A program made the position numbers and the translations under genes. Below, one piece after another: positions 54,898 through 64,000 of a stretch of 64,000 nucleotides of DNA. The first letter of the stretch is position 1, and each line of letters begins with the position of its first letter. The notes beneath the pieces were generated by a model that saw nothing but the letters and a program-made list of their open reading frames with translations, was not told the origin of the DNA and ran no database searches. The stretch lies in the NCBI GenBank assembly GCA_045863235.1, contig BTUM01000002.1, positions 96,001 through 160,000 on the forward strand. The letters are read 5' to 3'. The DNA comes from Candidatus Xenobia bacterium (GTDB lineage: Bacteria > Vulcanimicrobiota > Xenobia > Xenobiales > QWHO01).

Positions 54898-56381
54898 CGG
54901 GCCGCCAGGCGCCACAGCGCCGCCTCTTCCTGGCTGCGGGCCACCAGCTCGGCCCGGCGGTCGCCGCCCTGGCGGTGCAAGCTCAGAGCCGCGGCCAGAG
55001 CGGCCAGCTCGCGCTCTTCGTCGCTGAAGGTGGGCTTGAGGTCGCCCATGTGCTCGGCCAGGAAGTGGGTGGAGAGGTTGCCGCGGCGGAACTCGGGGTG
55101 CTCGAGCAAGGCCCGGTGGAAGGGGATCGAGGTGCTCACGCCGGCTACCACCATCTCATCCAGGGCTGCCAGCATGCGCCGGCAGGCCTGCTCGCGGTCC
55201 GAGCCCCAGACGATCAGCTTGGCCAGCAGCGAGTCGAAGTCGCGTGGCACCACGTAGCCGGGATAGAGATGGGAATCCACCCGCACCCCCGGTCCGGCGG
55301 GCAGGTGGACGGCCTGAATCGGCCCGGGATCGGGCCGAAAACCATGGTAGGGGTCTTCGCAGGTGATGCGGCACTCGATGGACCAGCCGTGCAGCCGGAG
55401 CTCTTCCTGCTTGAGCGAGAGGGGCTCGCCGGCGGCGATGCGCAGCTGCTCCTGCACCAGGTCCACCCCGGTGACCAGTTCGGTCACCGGATGCTCGACC
55501 TGCAGGCGCGTGTTGACCTCCAGGAAGTAGAAGCTCCGGTCCTTGTCCACCAGGAATTCGAACGTGCAGGCACCCGCATAGCCAGCCTTGAGCGCTCCGC
55601 GCACGGCCGCTTCGCCCATGGTGCACCGCAGATCCTCATCCAGGAAGGGTGAGGGGGCTTCCTCGAGCATCTTCTGGAAGCGACGCTGGATCGAGCACTC
55701 GCGCTCGAACAGGTGAACCGCGTGCCCGTGCTGGTCGGCCAGCACCTGCACCTCGATGTGACGAGGCTGCTCGAGGTAACGCTCGAGAAAGAGCCGCGAC
55801 GAGCCGAAGGCGGCCTGCGACTCGCTGGCCGCCTGGGCAAAGCTGCGCTCGAGCTCGGGGCGGTCGGCGCACTTTCGCATGCCGCGTCCCCCTCCCCCAC
55901 CCGCCGCTTTGATCAGCACCGGGTAGCCGATGCGCTCGGCCTCGCGCAGGGCCTCCTGAACATCGGCCACCGGCTCCACCGTGCCCGGCACGACCGGCAG
56001 GCCGGCCTGGGACATCAGTTTTCGGGCCTCGGTCTTGTCGCCCAGGGCGGTGATGGCTTCCGGACCCGGTCCCACGAAGACCAGCCCGGCCTCGGCGCAG
56101 GCCCGGCTGAAGGCGGCGTTCTCAGACAGGAAGCCGTAGCCCGGGTGCACCGCCTCAGCGCCGGCCGACAGTCCGGCCTCCACGATGCGGGGGATGTCCA
56201 GGTAGGCCTGGCGACCGGCCAGGCCCCGCAGCACCAGGACCTGGTCGGCCATGCGGGCGGGCAGCGAGTCGCGGTCGACCTCGGCGCAGATCAGGGCCGT
56301 CTCCACCCCCAGCTCGCGACAGGCGCGCAGAATGCGGACGGCGATCTCGCCCCGGTTGGCCACCAGCACACGCTTGAACAT
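54894..56381 (-). CDS. accC: Biotin carboxylase subunit (acetyl/propionyl-CoA carboxylase)
   Basis: ANRGEIA, HPGYGFLSEN, GGGGRGM, ECSIQRR, FLEVNTRLQVEH. Confidence 0.9.
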   Translation of the reverse strand: MFKRVLVANRGEIAVRILRACRELGVETALICAEVDRDSLPARMADQVLVLRGLAGRQAYLDIPRIVEAGLSAGAEAVHPGYGFLSENAAFSRACAEAGLVFVGPGPEAITALGDKTEARKLMSQAGLPVVPGTVEPVADVQEALREAERIGYPVLIKAAGGGGGRGMRKCADRPELERSFAQAASESQAAFGSSRLFLERYLEQPRHIEVQVLADQHGHAVHLFERECSIQRRFQKMLEEAPSPFLDEDLRCTMGEAAVRGALKAGYAGACTFEFLVDKDRSFYFLEVNTRLQVEHPVTELVTGVDLVQEQLRIAAGEPLSLKQEELRLHGWSIECRITCEDPYHGFRPDPGPIQAVHLPAGPGVRVDSHLYPGYVVPRDFDSLLAKLIVWGSDREQACRRMLAALDEMVVAGVSTSIPFHRALLEHPEFRRGNLSTHFLAEHMGDLKPTFSDEERELAALAAALSLHRQGGDRRAELVARSQEEAALWRLAAR

Positions 56382-56416
56382 AAGCCGCGCTGTTTTGCGT
56401 CGAAGCGGGCTTTCCT

Positions 56417-57295
56417 TCAGGCCTGGCGGCGATTCACCCAGTGACCCAGGCGAGACATTGCTTTGGAGACCCAGGTGCGGGTCTGACCGGCCAGCGAGAG
56501 CAAGCGTTCTTGCACCTCGCGGGCGGTGGCCGGGCGGTCGGTCGGCTCGACGGCCAGCAGGCGATCGAGCAGGTCGCCCATGCCGGGCGAGATGTCCGGA
56601 TTGACGCTGCGAGCGGGGCGATGCTCGAAGTCGAAGGGCTTGGGCTCGACCCGGGTGAGAAGCTGGTAGAGGGTCGCTCCCAGCGCGTAGAGATCGGACT
56701 GAGGCACAGCCCGGCCCATGTACTGCTCGGGAGGAGCGTAGCCGGGAGTGCCATAGGCGGTGGTGTCGCCCGCCTTGCCCGTGCTCATGGCCCGGGCGAT
56801 GCCAAAGTCCACCAGCTTGATGGCCCCTCCGCGCACCATTACCATCACGTTGGCGGGCTTGAGGTCGCGGTAGATCACGGGAGGGTCGAGGCTGTGCAAG
56901 TAATCGAGCACCTCGCACACCTGGGCTCCCCAGCCGGCTACCTCGTTCTCCTGAAGCGACTTCTGAGTGCGGTAGATGTGCTCCAGAGTGGGTCCCTCGA
57001 CCCGCTCCATCACCAGGTATTCGCGCTCGTCGAGGTGGAAGCGATCCACCACCCGAGGAAGGTAGGGATGGCTGAGGCGCACCAGGATGGCGGCCTCGCG
57101 GTCGAACAGCTTGCGGGCCTCGTCGCGCTCGTCCAGCGGCACGGTGGAAAAGTCAAGCTCCTTGAGGGCCCAGGTGCTGCCTTTCTGACGGGTGTCGCGC
57201 ACGAACCAGACAGTGCCGGCCGCCCCCTCTCCAAGCAGGCGCTCGACCTGGTATCGACCTGCCAGCAGGCTCCCGGGACCGGTCTTGGCGGCCAC
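56417..57295 (-). CDS. Cytoplasmic Ser/Thr protein kinase
   Basis: LGEGAAG, ALKE, YRDLKPAN, DFG, GTPGYAPPEQ. Confidence 0.9.
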   Translation of the reverse strand: MAAKTGPGSLLAGRYQVERLLGEGAAGTVWFVRDTRQKGSTWALKELDFSTVPLDERDEARKLFDREAAILVRLSHPYLPRVVDRFHLDEREYLVMERVEGPTLEHIYRTQKSLQENEVAGWGAQVCEVLDYLHSLDPPVIYRDLKPANVMVMVRGGAIKLVDFGIARAMSTGKAGDTTAYGTPGYAPPEQYMGRAVPQSDLYALGATLYQLLTRVEPKPFDFEHRPARSVNPDISPGMGDLLDRLLAVEPTDRPATAREVQERLLSLAGQTRTWVSKAMSRLGHWVNRRQA

Positions 57296-57298
57296 GGC

Positions 57299-58138
57299 TT
57301 AGATGAGGTGCGTCCGCTCCAGCGCGCGGATAGCTTTGCGGCGGCAAGAGGAGGCGATCCAGAAGTACAGGGGCAGGGCCAGCAACGCCCACCAGCGCAC
57401 CAGCATGTAGGAGAACGGATCAGGTTGATACAGGTCCGACTTCCCCCAGAAGGCCAGGCTCAGAGCCACGTAAGGGTGGACGATCCAGAGCGGGAAGGCC
57501 CAGAAGCCCGCGAAGACCATCAGGAAGGGAGCGATCAGGATGAAGAAGAGGGCCTGGATGGTGGCCTTCTGGGTGGCCTGCTGGGTGCTGGTGCTGCCGG
57601 CCGAGATCCACACGCCGACATAGCCGAAGATGACCGCCATCAAGACCGAGACGGCCCAGAGCATCAGGATGGAGAAGAGGTCGGCCCCGGCGAACCAGCC
57701 GATCAGGCCGGCCAATGGCATCAGCACGGTGATCTCGCGGACCACCGGGCGGATCCCCGCGGCCACGATGCCGTCGGCGTAGTCGGCCGAGTTGACCTGG
57801 GTGAGGGCCAGCGAGAGCAAGGTGCCGCGCTGGCGCTCGTTGACCACGCTGGCGGCGGTCTGCACCACTGCCTTCAGGGCCACGTAGAGCACCTGGGCAA
57901 AGGCCAGCAGCACCACGATGAACTCCACCATGCTGGCCGGCCTGCCCAGGCCGAAGTTGCGCACGGCGCTGACGCCGAGGAGCAGCGGAATGACCAGGAG
58001 GGCGCTGTAGAGGCCGTAGCCGGTCCAGAAGCGCTTCCAGATGGTCTGACGGCTTTCGGACTGGCGCTGGCAAACCACGAATGGGTTCTCGCGCAGGCCC
58101 AGGGTCCAGCTGACAAGGCGGCGGAATCGTTTCAGCAT
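57299..58138 (-). CDS. ABC-2-type permease-like membrane protein
   Basis: ENP motif, SVVNERQRGTL.SL.LT, about 6 TMs. Confidence 0.7.
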   Translation of the reverse strand: MLKRFRRLVSWTLGLRENPFVVCQRQSESRQTIWKRFWTGYGLYSALLVIPLLLGVSAVRNFGLGRPASMVEFIVVLLAFAQVLYVALKAVVQTAASVVNERQRGTLLSLALTQVNSADYADGIVAAGIRPVVREITVLMPLAGLIGWFAGADLFSILMLWAVSVLMAVIFGYVGVWISAGSTSTQQATQKATIQALFFILIAPFLMVFAGFWAFPLWIVHPYVALSLAFWGKSDLYQPDPFSYMLVRWWALLALPLYFWIASSCRRKAIRALERTHLI

Positions 58139-58147
58139 CGCGTCCTC

Positions 58148-58978
58148 CTAGGCGACCCGGGCCTCTTCGGCTTTGCGCCGAATCGACCACCACAAGATGG
58201 AGCAGAGCACAGCGTAGAGCAGGAAGGTCCAGGCCCAGGCCCACTGCCAGGCGGCTATCGGCCCGACGTCGGACAGGCTCAGCACCGACCAGGCAGCCAC
58301 CATCGGGCTGCTGACCGTGGCCACGGGAACGTAATAGGACCCGCCCGGCCCGATCAGGCCGTAGAGCAAGAAGTCCACCATCGGACCCATCAAGACGAAG
58401 CCCAGGGCCAGGAACATCGCCTTACGGCTGGCCTGCTGGCTGGAGACCGAGGTGTAGGAAGCCCAGGTGCCCAGCAGCCCGAACAGACTGACGCAGGTGA
58501 CCGCCAGGCAGACGAAGAGCACGGACTGCAGGGCGTGGCCCGAGAGGATGCCCAGTCCAACCGCGATCGGAGCGGCCGCCATCAACTCACGGGTGATGGG
58601 CCAGAGGTGAGCGGCCAGTTTGCCTGCCAGGACTTCCTCCGAGCGCAGGCGCGTGGCCAGCAGGCACTCGTAGGTCTTCTGCTCTTTCTCGAGCGAGATA
58701 GCCCCCGCCGTGGCGCTGACCGCGCGCATGGTCACGTAGAGGATACCCAGAAAGGCGGTGAAGCCGACCACCGAGCCGAGCCAGGTATGGACCCACTTCT
58801 CCGGGTTTACCAGAAGCTCGCCGGCGGTGAAGAACATCGTCACCGCCAGGGGGCCGAGCACGAGCGCCATGCCTCCCCCGAAGCGGGTCACGAAAGCCTG
58901 AAGTCCCTTGCCCTGGCGTCGTGCCTCTACCTGGCGCGCCCTCACGAAGATCGGATTTTCCCACAGTTGTGTGAGCAT
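58148..58978 (-). CDS. ABC-2-type permease-like membrane protein
   Basis: ENPIF, AISLEKEQKTYECLLAT.L....VLAGKL. Confidence 0.75.
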   Translation of the reverse strand: MLTQLWENPIFVRARQVEARRQGKGLQAFVTRFGGGMALVLGPLAVTMFFTAGELLVNPEKWVHTWLGSVVGFTAFLGILYVTMRAVSATAGAISLEKEQKTYECLLATRLRSEEVLAGKLAAHLWPITRELMAAAPIAVGLGILSGHALQSVLFVCLAVTCVSLFGLLGTWASYTSVSSQQASRKAMFLALGFVLMGPMVDFLLYGLIGPGGSYYVPVATVSSPMVAAWSVLSLSDVGPIAAWQWAWAWTFLLYAVLCSILWWSIRRKAEEARVA

Positions 58979-59111
58979 TTCCGGGCCTCCTCACCGAGAT
59001 CAGGACCCCCTGTGCAATCCATGTCGCAAAGCGACCGGGGAGATCTTCCCCGCCCCCCTGGCCGAATCCTCGCATCCAGGAAGTTTCTGCTCAGAGGAAA
59101 ATAGGGCATCC

Positions 59112-59957
59112 GTGGTGCCGCGACTCCTTCTCATCCTGCTCTTGACCCTGGCGGCGGCCGCTCAGCCGAGCGAGAGTGAGCTTGACGAGCTGCTCGACTG
59201 GCAGGATCAGCAGATCGTCGAGCGCTTCTCCGCTGACGGCTCGGCCGATCACCGCTGGGACGCCCTTTTGCAGGCACTGGCCGAGCAGCTCGTGGTGGGG
59301 GTGAGCCAGGTGTTCCCCAGCCAGGGTCAGCCGGTCAGCTTTCGGGTCTTTCGCCAGAAGCTGGGCTTCAACGCGGTGTGCTGGCACCGGGTGGTCATCG
59401 TGGACAGCCTGCTGATGGAGGGGCTCGAGCGACTCTCCCAGGGCCAGGCCGTGTATGGCAAGCTGGACACCCCCTACACCGAGTCCATCCTGCGGCAGAT
59501 CGGGATGGAGCGCCCCGAGCTGCCACCTCCCCCCGGCCTGAACTGGGAGCGCGAGCAACAAGCCCGCAAGCTCTTCGAGGAGGTGCTGGCGGCCTGGATC
59601 TGCCACGAGGTCAGCCACGCCTACCTGGGCCACGCGCGCGAGCGCTTGCGCCAGGCGCGCCGGCTCGAGCAGGGCAATTCCCAGATGAACCCCCTGCTGC
59701 TCGATCAACAGATCCGCAATCACCTCGACTATCGTCTCGGCCCCACCAACGAGCTGGAAGCGGACCGCTACGGCGCTCGCCTGGCCCTGCGCTCGGGTTT
59801 CGGGCTGGAGGGCTATCGGAGAGCCCTCTGGATCATCGCCCGCCTCGAGAAGCTGTCCGGAGCCGACGCCAGCTTCTATCGCACCCACCCCCAGCCGGAA
59901 GACCGAACCCGCGTGCTGGAGGAGGTCGAGGCGGAGGAGTCCCAGGGGCGGTCTTGA
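59112..59957 (+). CDS. Secreted M48-family zinc metallopeptidase
   Basis: Signal peptide, CHEVSH (HExxH), NELEAD, THP. Confidence 0.8.
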   Translation: MVPRLLLILLLTLAAAAQPSESELDELLDWQDQQIVERFSADGSADHRWDALLQALAEQLVVGVSQVFPSQGQPVSFRVFRQKLGFNAVCWHRVVIVDSLLMEGLERLSQGQAVYGKLDTPYTESILRQIGMERPELPPPPGLNWEREQQARKLFEEVLAAWICHEVSHAYLGHARERLRQARRLEQGNSQMNPLLLDQQIRNHLDYRLGPTNELEADRYGARLALRSGFGLEGYRRALWIIARLEKLSGADASFYRTHPQPEDRTRVLEEVEAEESQGRS

Positions 59958-61294
59958 ACCTTGTTCGTGCGGTGCTGAACAACGGCGACACACTCGCCTC
60001 GCGCTATCAGGTCGAGAGAGTGCTCGGCCAGGGGGGCATGGGGGCGGTCTACCTGGCCCGCGATCTTCGCATTCCCTGCCAATGGGCTGTCAAGGAGATG
60101 ACCGCCGAGCCCGAAGCCGAGGCCATGTTCCGGGCTGAGGCCGAAGTGCTGTGCAGCCTCAAGCATCCCAACCTGCCCCGCATCACCGACTTCTTCGGGG
60201 AAGACGGCAAGCAGTACCTGGTCATGGACTACGTGGAGGGCCCCACCCTCGAGCAAGTCCTGAGCCAGCGTCAGCTCACCCTGGCCGAGGTGATCGATCT
60301 GGGGCGTCAGCTGAGCGAGGTGCTGGAGTATCTGCACGGGCTGGCTCCCCCACTCATTTTTCGTGATCTCAAGCCGGCTAACATCATTATGGCGCCGGGC
60401 GGCACGGTCAAGCTGATCGACTTTGGCATCGCCCGACACTTCCAACCAGAAAAGGCCAGCGACACCCGGGCCCTGGGCACCCCCGGCTACGCCGCTCCTG
60501 AGCAATACGGCCACGGACAGTCGGACGAGCGGACCGATCTCTACGCGCTGGGAGCCACGCTCTATCACGCGCTGAGCGGCCGTGATCCGGGCCAGGCTCC
60601 TTTCCAGTTCCCGCCCCTCGGCCTGGCCGAGCCGGGCCTGGAGGCGCTGGTCCTCAAAGCCGTCAGCCTGGAGCCCGTCAACCGTTTCCAGTCGGCCCGA
60701 GAGTTGCGCCTGGCCCTGCAGGCCCTGGGCGGGGGCCAGCAGTTGCCCACCCAGGTGCTGCATAGCTCGCCGGCCGGCTTCGACCCTCGTGAGGTGCGTC
60801 TGGGAGTGGTGCGCCGGGGCCAGTCGGTCAGGCGCAAGATCGTCCTGAAGGGCGACTGGAATGCCCGTCTGGTCAGCAACCAGCGCTGGCTGCAGGTCGA
60901 GCCCGAGCACGTGCAGGGAAAGGACGTGCGGGTCGAGCTGATCGCCCATACCTCCGGGCTCAAGGAAGGGGGCCATTTTCAGGCCGAGCTGACGGTGCAG
61001 GGCCAACAGGGAATTCGGCCGATGTCTGTGGAAGTGGACGTCGAGCGCGCCCACGTCAGCTTCTTCAGCCAGGCGTTGAGTTTTCTGCTGTGCCTGGCCA
61101 GCGTGCTGCCGGGAATCGGGTTCGTGGCCACCGGAGTTCTCGGTGTGGCCTACCTCTCGACTCCACGCCGCGAGCGCGCGGCCATGAGGATCTTCGTGGC
61201 CGTCGCCACGCTGCTGAGCACGCTCTGGTTGGGCTTTTTCACCCTGGTGGGGGTGGGACTCTACCAACTGCCCTGGGATCGGTGGCTGCAATGA
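59954..61294 (+). CDS. Ser/Thr kinase with Ig/BACON-like domain and C-terminal TMs
   Basis: LGQGGMGAVY, AVKE, FRDLKPAN, DFG, GTPGYAAPEQ, WLQVEP, hydrophobic C-terminus. TTG start overlaps the upstream stop. Confidence 0.88.
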   Translation: MNLVRAVLNNGDTLASRYQVERVLGQGGMGAVYLARDLRIPCQWAVKEMTAEPEAEAMFRAEAEVLCSLKHPNLPRITDFFGEDGKQYLVMDYVEGPTLEQVLSQRQLTLAEVIDLGRQLSEVLEYLHGLAPPLIFRDLKPANIIMAPGGTVKLIDFGIARHFQPEKASDTRALGTPGYAAPEQYGHGQSDERTDLYALGATLYHALSGRDPGQAPFQFPPLGLAEPGLEALVLKAVSLEPVNRFQSARELRLALQALGGGQQLPTQVLHSSPAGFDPREVRLGVVRRGQSVRRKIVLKGDWNARLVSNQRWLQVEPEHVQGKDVRVELIAHTSGLKEGGHFQAELTVQGQQGIRPMSVEVDVERAHVSFFSQALSFLLCLASVLPGIGFVATGVLGVAYLSTPRRERAAMRIFVAVATLLSTLWLGFFTLVGVGLYQLPWDRWLQ

Positions 61295-61307
61295 GAAAGG
61301 GAGGCGC

Positions 61308-62999
61308 ATGAACTGTCCCACCTGCGGGAGCGAGAACGCCCCCGACTCTCGCTTCTGCGAGGATTGCGGGGCCCAGCTGACCGTCTCGCAAGAAGGCATG
61401 GTCGCGGTGGCCGTGCTGGAGGGGCCTCTTGCCCCGGGACGGGTGCTGCAAGAGCGCTGGCGCGTGGACGAGCTGCTCGAGGAAGGGCGCATCAACCGTT
61501 ATCTGGCCGCCGACCTGCAATCTGACGAGCAGCCGGTTCTTCTGCTCGAATGCTCCGATGCCAGCCTGCTGGGCGCCCAGCACGACCTGGTGCGTTCGCT
61601 GGAAGCTCCCTTCATCTGGACAGGAAACCAGCGCTTTGAGGAGGAGGGGCGACTCTACCTGGCCGGACCTCGTCCCGGCCTGACGCGCTTTGAGCAAGAG
61701 ATCGCCGGCGAGCCCTCCCCCGAGCGGGTGGCCCGGGTAGGGGTCGACCTTCTGCGCGGGCTGGAGGCTCTGCACCAGCACGGTTTGCTGCATCTGGCCC
61801 TGCAACCCTCGCGCATCTGGACAGGGGGCGAGCAGGCCGTACTCGATCCCTACGAGCGGCTCTGCCGGGCCCAGTCTCCCGAGGAGAGCTACAGCGTGAC
61901 GCCGGGCTACTCCTCTCCCGAGGCTTACGGCATGCAGGGCGGGGTGCTCGATCCCCGCTCCGACCTGTTCAGTCTGGGCGCGGTGCTCCACTTCGCCCTC
62001 AGCCGCCAGCGCCCCGATCTCGAGTCGCGTGAGAGCTTCTTCAGCTTCCCTCGATTGAGCGGCGGGAAGATCGGCGAGGTTATCATGCGGGCCGTGTCCA
62101 AGGCTCCGGCCGACCGCTTTGCCAGTGCCGGTGAGATGCTGCACGCACTGGAAGACTGCCTGGCCGATTCGGGTCAGGTCCCCGCCACCTCCCCGGTGGT
62201 CGCGGGCTACGAGATCGCGATGAAGACCGACATCGGCTGCGTGCGCTCGATCAATCAAGACGCCTGTGCCGAAGTGCAGTTCGTGGTCTGGGAGAAGGAC
62301 GTGCCCACCCGGGCCCACCTCGTCGTGGTGGCCGATGGGATGGGCGGTGAGGCCGAAGGCGACAAGGCCGCCTCCCTTGCGGTGCGCTCGCTGGCTCGCG
62401 AGGTTCTGACCTCGGTGTTGCACTTCCAGGTGGCCGGAGAGACAAACCGCCTGCTCCCCACCGACCCCATCGAACGAGCCCGGGTGTTGCTCGAGCGCGG
62501 CATCGAAACGGCCAATCGCTCCATCCACGACTACGCCGAGCTCGACATGTCCAGGCGCGGCATGGGTTGCACCATGACCGCTGTGCTGCTGGTGGGCGAC
62601 ACTGCCGTGCTGGGCCACGTGGGCGACACACGCGGCTACCGCTTCCGGGGCCAAGAGCTTGACCTGGTCACCACCGACCACTCACTGGTGGGGCGGCTGG
62701 TGCAGATGGGCCAGATGAGCCGCGAGGAGGCCCGCAACTCACCCCAACGTAGCATTATCTACCGGGCCCTGGGCACCAATCCCGAGGTGGAGGTGGATCT
62801 CTACGAGCGCCGTCTGGCGGCCGGAGATTACCTGCTGATCTGCTCCGATGGCGTCTGGGAGTATTACCAGGACGAGGAGCTGAGCGAGTTCTTCGCACGC
62901 GGTCCCAACGCGGCCGAGGCGGCCAACTGGTTGGTGGCCACCTGTCTCGAGCGGGGAGCCGACGACAACGCCACCTGCGCCATCATCCGTCACCTCTGA
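61308..62999 (+). CDS. Zinc ribbon - pseudokinase - PP2C phosphatase fusion
   Basis: CPTC..CEDC; kinase-like fold (TPGYSSPE, SDLFSLG) without HRD or DFG; PP2C motifs NQD, VADGMGG, HVGD, CSDG, DDN. Confidence 0.85.
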   Translation: MNCPTCGSENAPDSRFCEDCGAQLTVSQEGMVAVAVLEGPLAPGRVLQERWRVDELLEEGRINRYLAADLQSDEQPVLLLECSDASLLGAQHDLVRSLEAPFIWTGNQRFEEEGRLYLAGPRPGLTRFEQEIAGEPSPERVARVGVDLLRGLEALHQHGLLHLALQPSRIWTGGEQAVLDPYERLCRAQSPEESYSVTPGYSSPEAYGMQGGVLDPRSDLFSLGAVLHFALSRQRPDLESRESFFSFPRLSGGKIGEVIMRAVSKAPADRFASAGEMLHALEDCLADSGQVPATSPVVAGYEIAMKTDIGCVRSINQDACAEVQFVVWEKDVPTRAHLVVVADGMGGEAEGDKAASLAVRSLAREVLTSVLHFQVAGETNRLLPTDPIERARVLLERGIETANRSIHDYAELDMSRRGMGCTMTAVLLVGDTAVLGHVGDTRGYRFRGQELDLVTTDHSLVGRLVQMGQMSREEARNSPQRSIIYRALGTNPEVEVDLYERRLAAGDYLLICSDGVWEYYQDEELSEFFARGPNAAEAANWLVATCLERGADDNATCAIIRHL

Positions 63000-63018
63000 G
63001 CCAGAGGATAAAGGACAG

Positions 63019-63483
63019 CTACTCTTCGGGCGGGGTGGTGGGCTCGCCGCCCAGCGTACGCTCGCGGCGCCGCCGGTCGTTGGGCTTGATGGCCTCGGCC
63101 ACCACGGCCAGTGAGCGCTTGTGCTGACCGTCCACCAGGATCTCCACGCTATAGGTCCCGGCCACGGGAATGCTCATCGACTGCAGCGAGATGCTCATCG
63201 GCATGATGATGCGCTCGCCCGGCTTGGCGTGGTCGGGGATGCGGTTGAGCTGGAAATCGGCATCCATCTCGGCCAGGCGCTTGCCGTCCTGGTCCTGCAG
63301 CACAATGGTCATCCGGTGGTGCCGAGAGGCCTCGATGGGATGCACCTCCAGCACCATCGCCAGGCTGACACCCATGGCGGCCGGAAAGCGGTCGCGCCAG
63401 AGCCGGTTGATCCCCCCGCCGAGAACGTGCAACAAGCCCTCGCGGACCGTGGCAAAATCGCAGAGCATGGCATCAATATGCAT
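63019..63483 (-). CDS. DUF6941-like hypothetical protein
   Basis: LCDFATVREGLLHVLGGG...GTYSVEILVDG pattern. Confidence 0.6.
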   Translation of the reverse strand: MHIDAMLCDFATVREGLLHVLGGGINRLWRDRFPAAMGVSLAMVLEVHPIEASRHHRMTIVLQDQDGKRLAEMDADFQLNRIPDHAKPGERIIMPMSISLQSMSIPVAGTYSVEILVDGQHKRSLAVVAEAIKPNDRRRRERTLGGEPTTPPEE

Positions 63484-63597
63484 GGGGCGGGCTTCCTGAG
63501 GCACGGCAAACTTCCCTGCCGCCAGCTTCGGGCCGCCTCTGCAAAACTTCCTTCTCTCAGGGCGGGCTCTGGAGATGGAACTCTAACAGTTCTCCAG

Positions 63598-63626
63598 TTG
63601 TGCCAGCAAGCCGCTCATGGTATCCT
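63598..63626 (+). promoter_or_regulatory. Probable sigma70 promoter of tmRNA
   Basis: TTGTGC-17 bp-TATCCT with extended TG. Confidence 0.55.
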
Positions 63627-63645
63627 CTGCATGCAGACAAGACCC

Positions 63646-64000
63646 GGGGGTGACCGGATTCGACGGGAAGCTGATCGGGCCGAAGATGCGAGCCGAGTTG
63701 CCGAATCACTCGTTAATCAAGTCGGAAACAAAACAAACGCCAACAAGAACGTTATCCCGTTCCCGGCTCGCCACCAGGCGAACCTGGCGCTGGCCGCCTA
63801 AACAACGGCCGTGTCCATCCGCCCTCGCTGATCGGGGCGGAACCGGGCATCACCTAGAGCAGCTACCCAGATAGGGCTACGCACCTGGCCCCGAGGGGAA
63901 TCAGTTGGGTGCTCAGGTTGAGCGGATCCTGTCCGGAGGAGTCGAGCAACCTTAAATAAAATCCGGAATACGCTCGTAGAGTCAGCGGCTAAATCCTTTT
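63646..64000 (+). ncRNA. ssrA: tmRNA, 3'-truncated by window; tag ANKNVIPFPARHQANLALAA at 63739-63801
   Basis: 5' GGGGGTGACCGGATTCGAC consensus and a tag reading frame ending ALAA-stop. Confidence 0.93.

Noticed and set aside
63121..63801. 226 aa plus-strand ORF ending in ALAA
   Set aside because: It is antisense to the DUF6941-like gene and runs into the tmRNA tag frame; not a real CDS.

Overview
High-GC bacterial chromosomal window, densely coded on both strands, with no integrase, transposase, prophage or CRISPR array. Housekeeping and metabolic genes include deoB, ade, rpe, pta, glnS, an AccC-type biotin carboxylase, PhoD, acetamidase, an FAH hydrolase, tRNA-Asn(GTT) and a tmRNA cut by the window end. 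Signalling genes are abundant: four Hanks-type kinases, a pseudokinase-PP2C fusion, PASTA and TPR proteins, and a HAMP-GAF-PAS sensor with no output domain. There is also an orphan AddB-like nuclease and a type II secretion/type IV pilus-like cluster with three GspF paralogues. The gene style suggests a poorly studied lineage such as Ca. Eremiobacterota/Vulcanimicrobiota (inference only, not tested). The best candidates for new biology are (1) an adjacent gene pair encoding a TPR protein fused to a catalytically dead Lon protease domain and a 'half' Clp ATPase, (2) a stand-alone rod-shaped small RNA with a near-consensus sigma70 promoter and terminator at about 22.3-22.5 kb, plus two other structured intergenic elements, (3) a PknB-type kinase with a tyrosine-kinase-like HRDLSARN catalytic loop, and (4) a Cys/Pro/Gln-rich protein. 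All family calls come from motif recognition by eye; no database searches were run.
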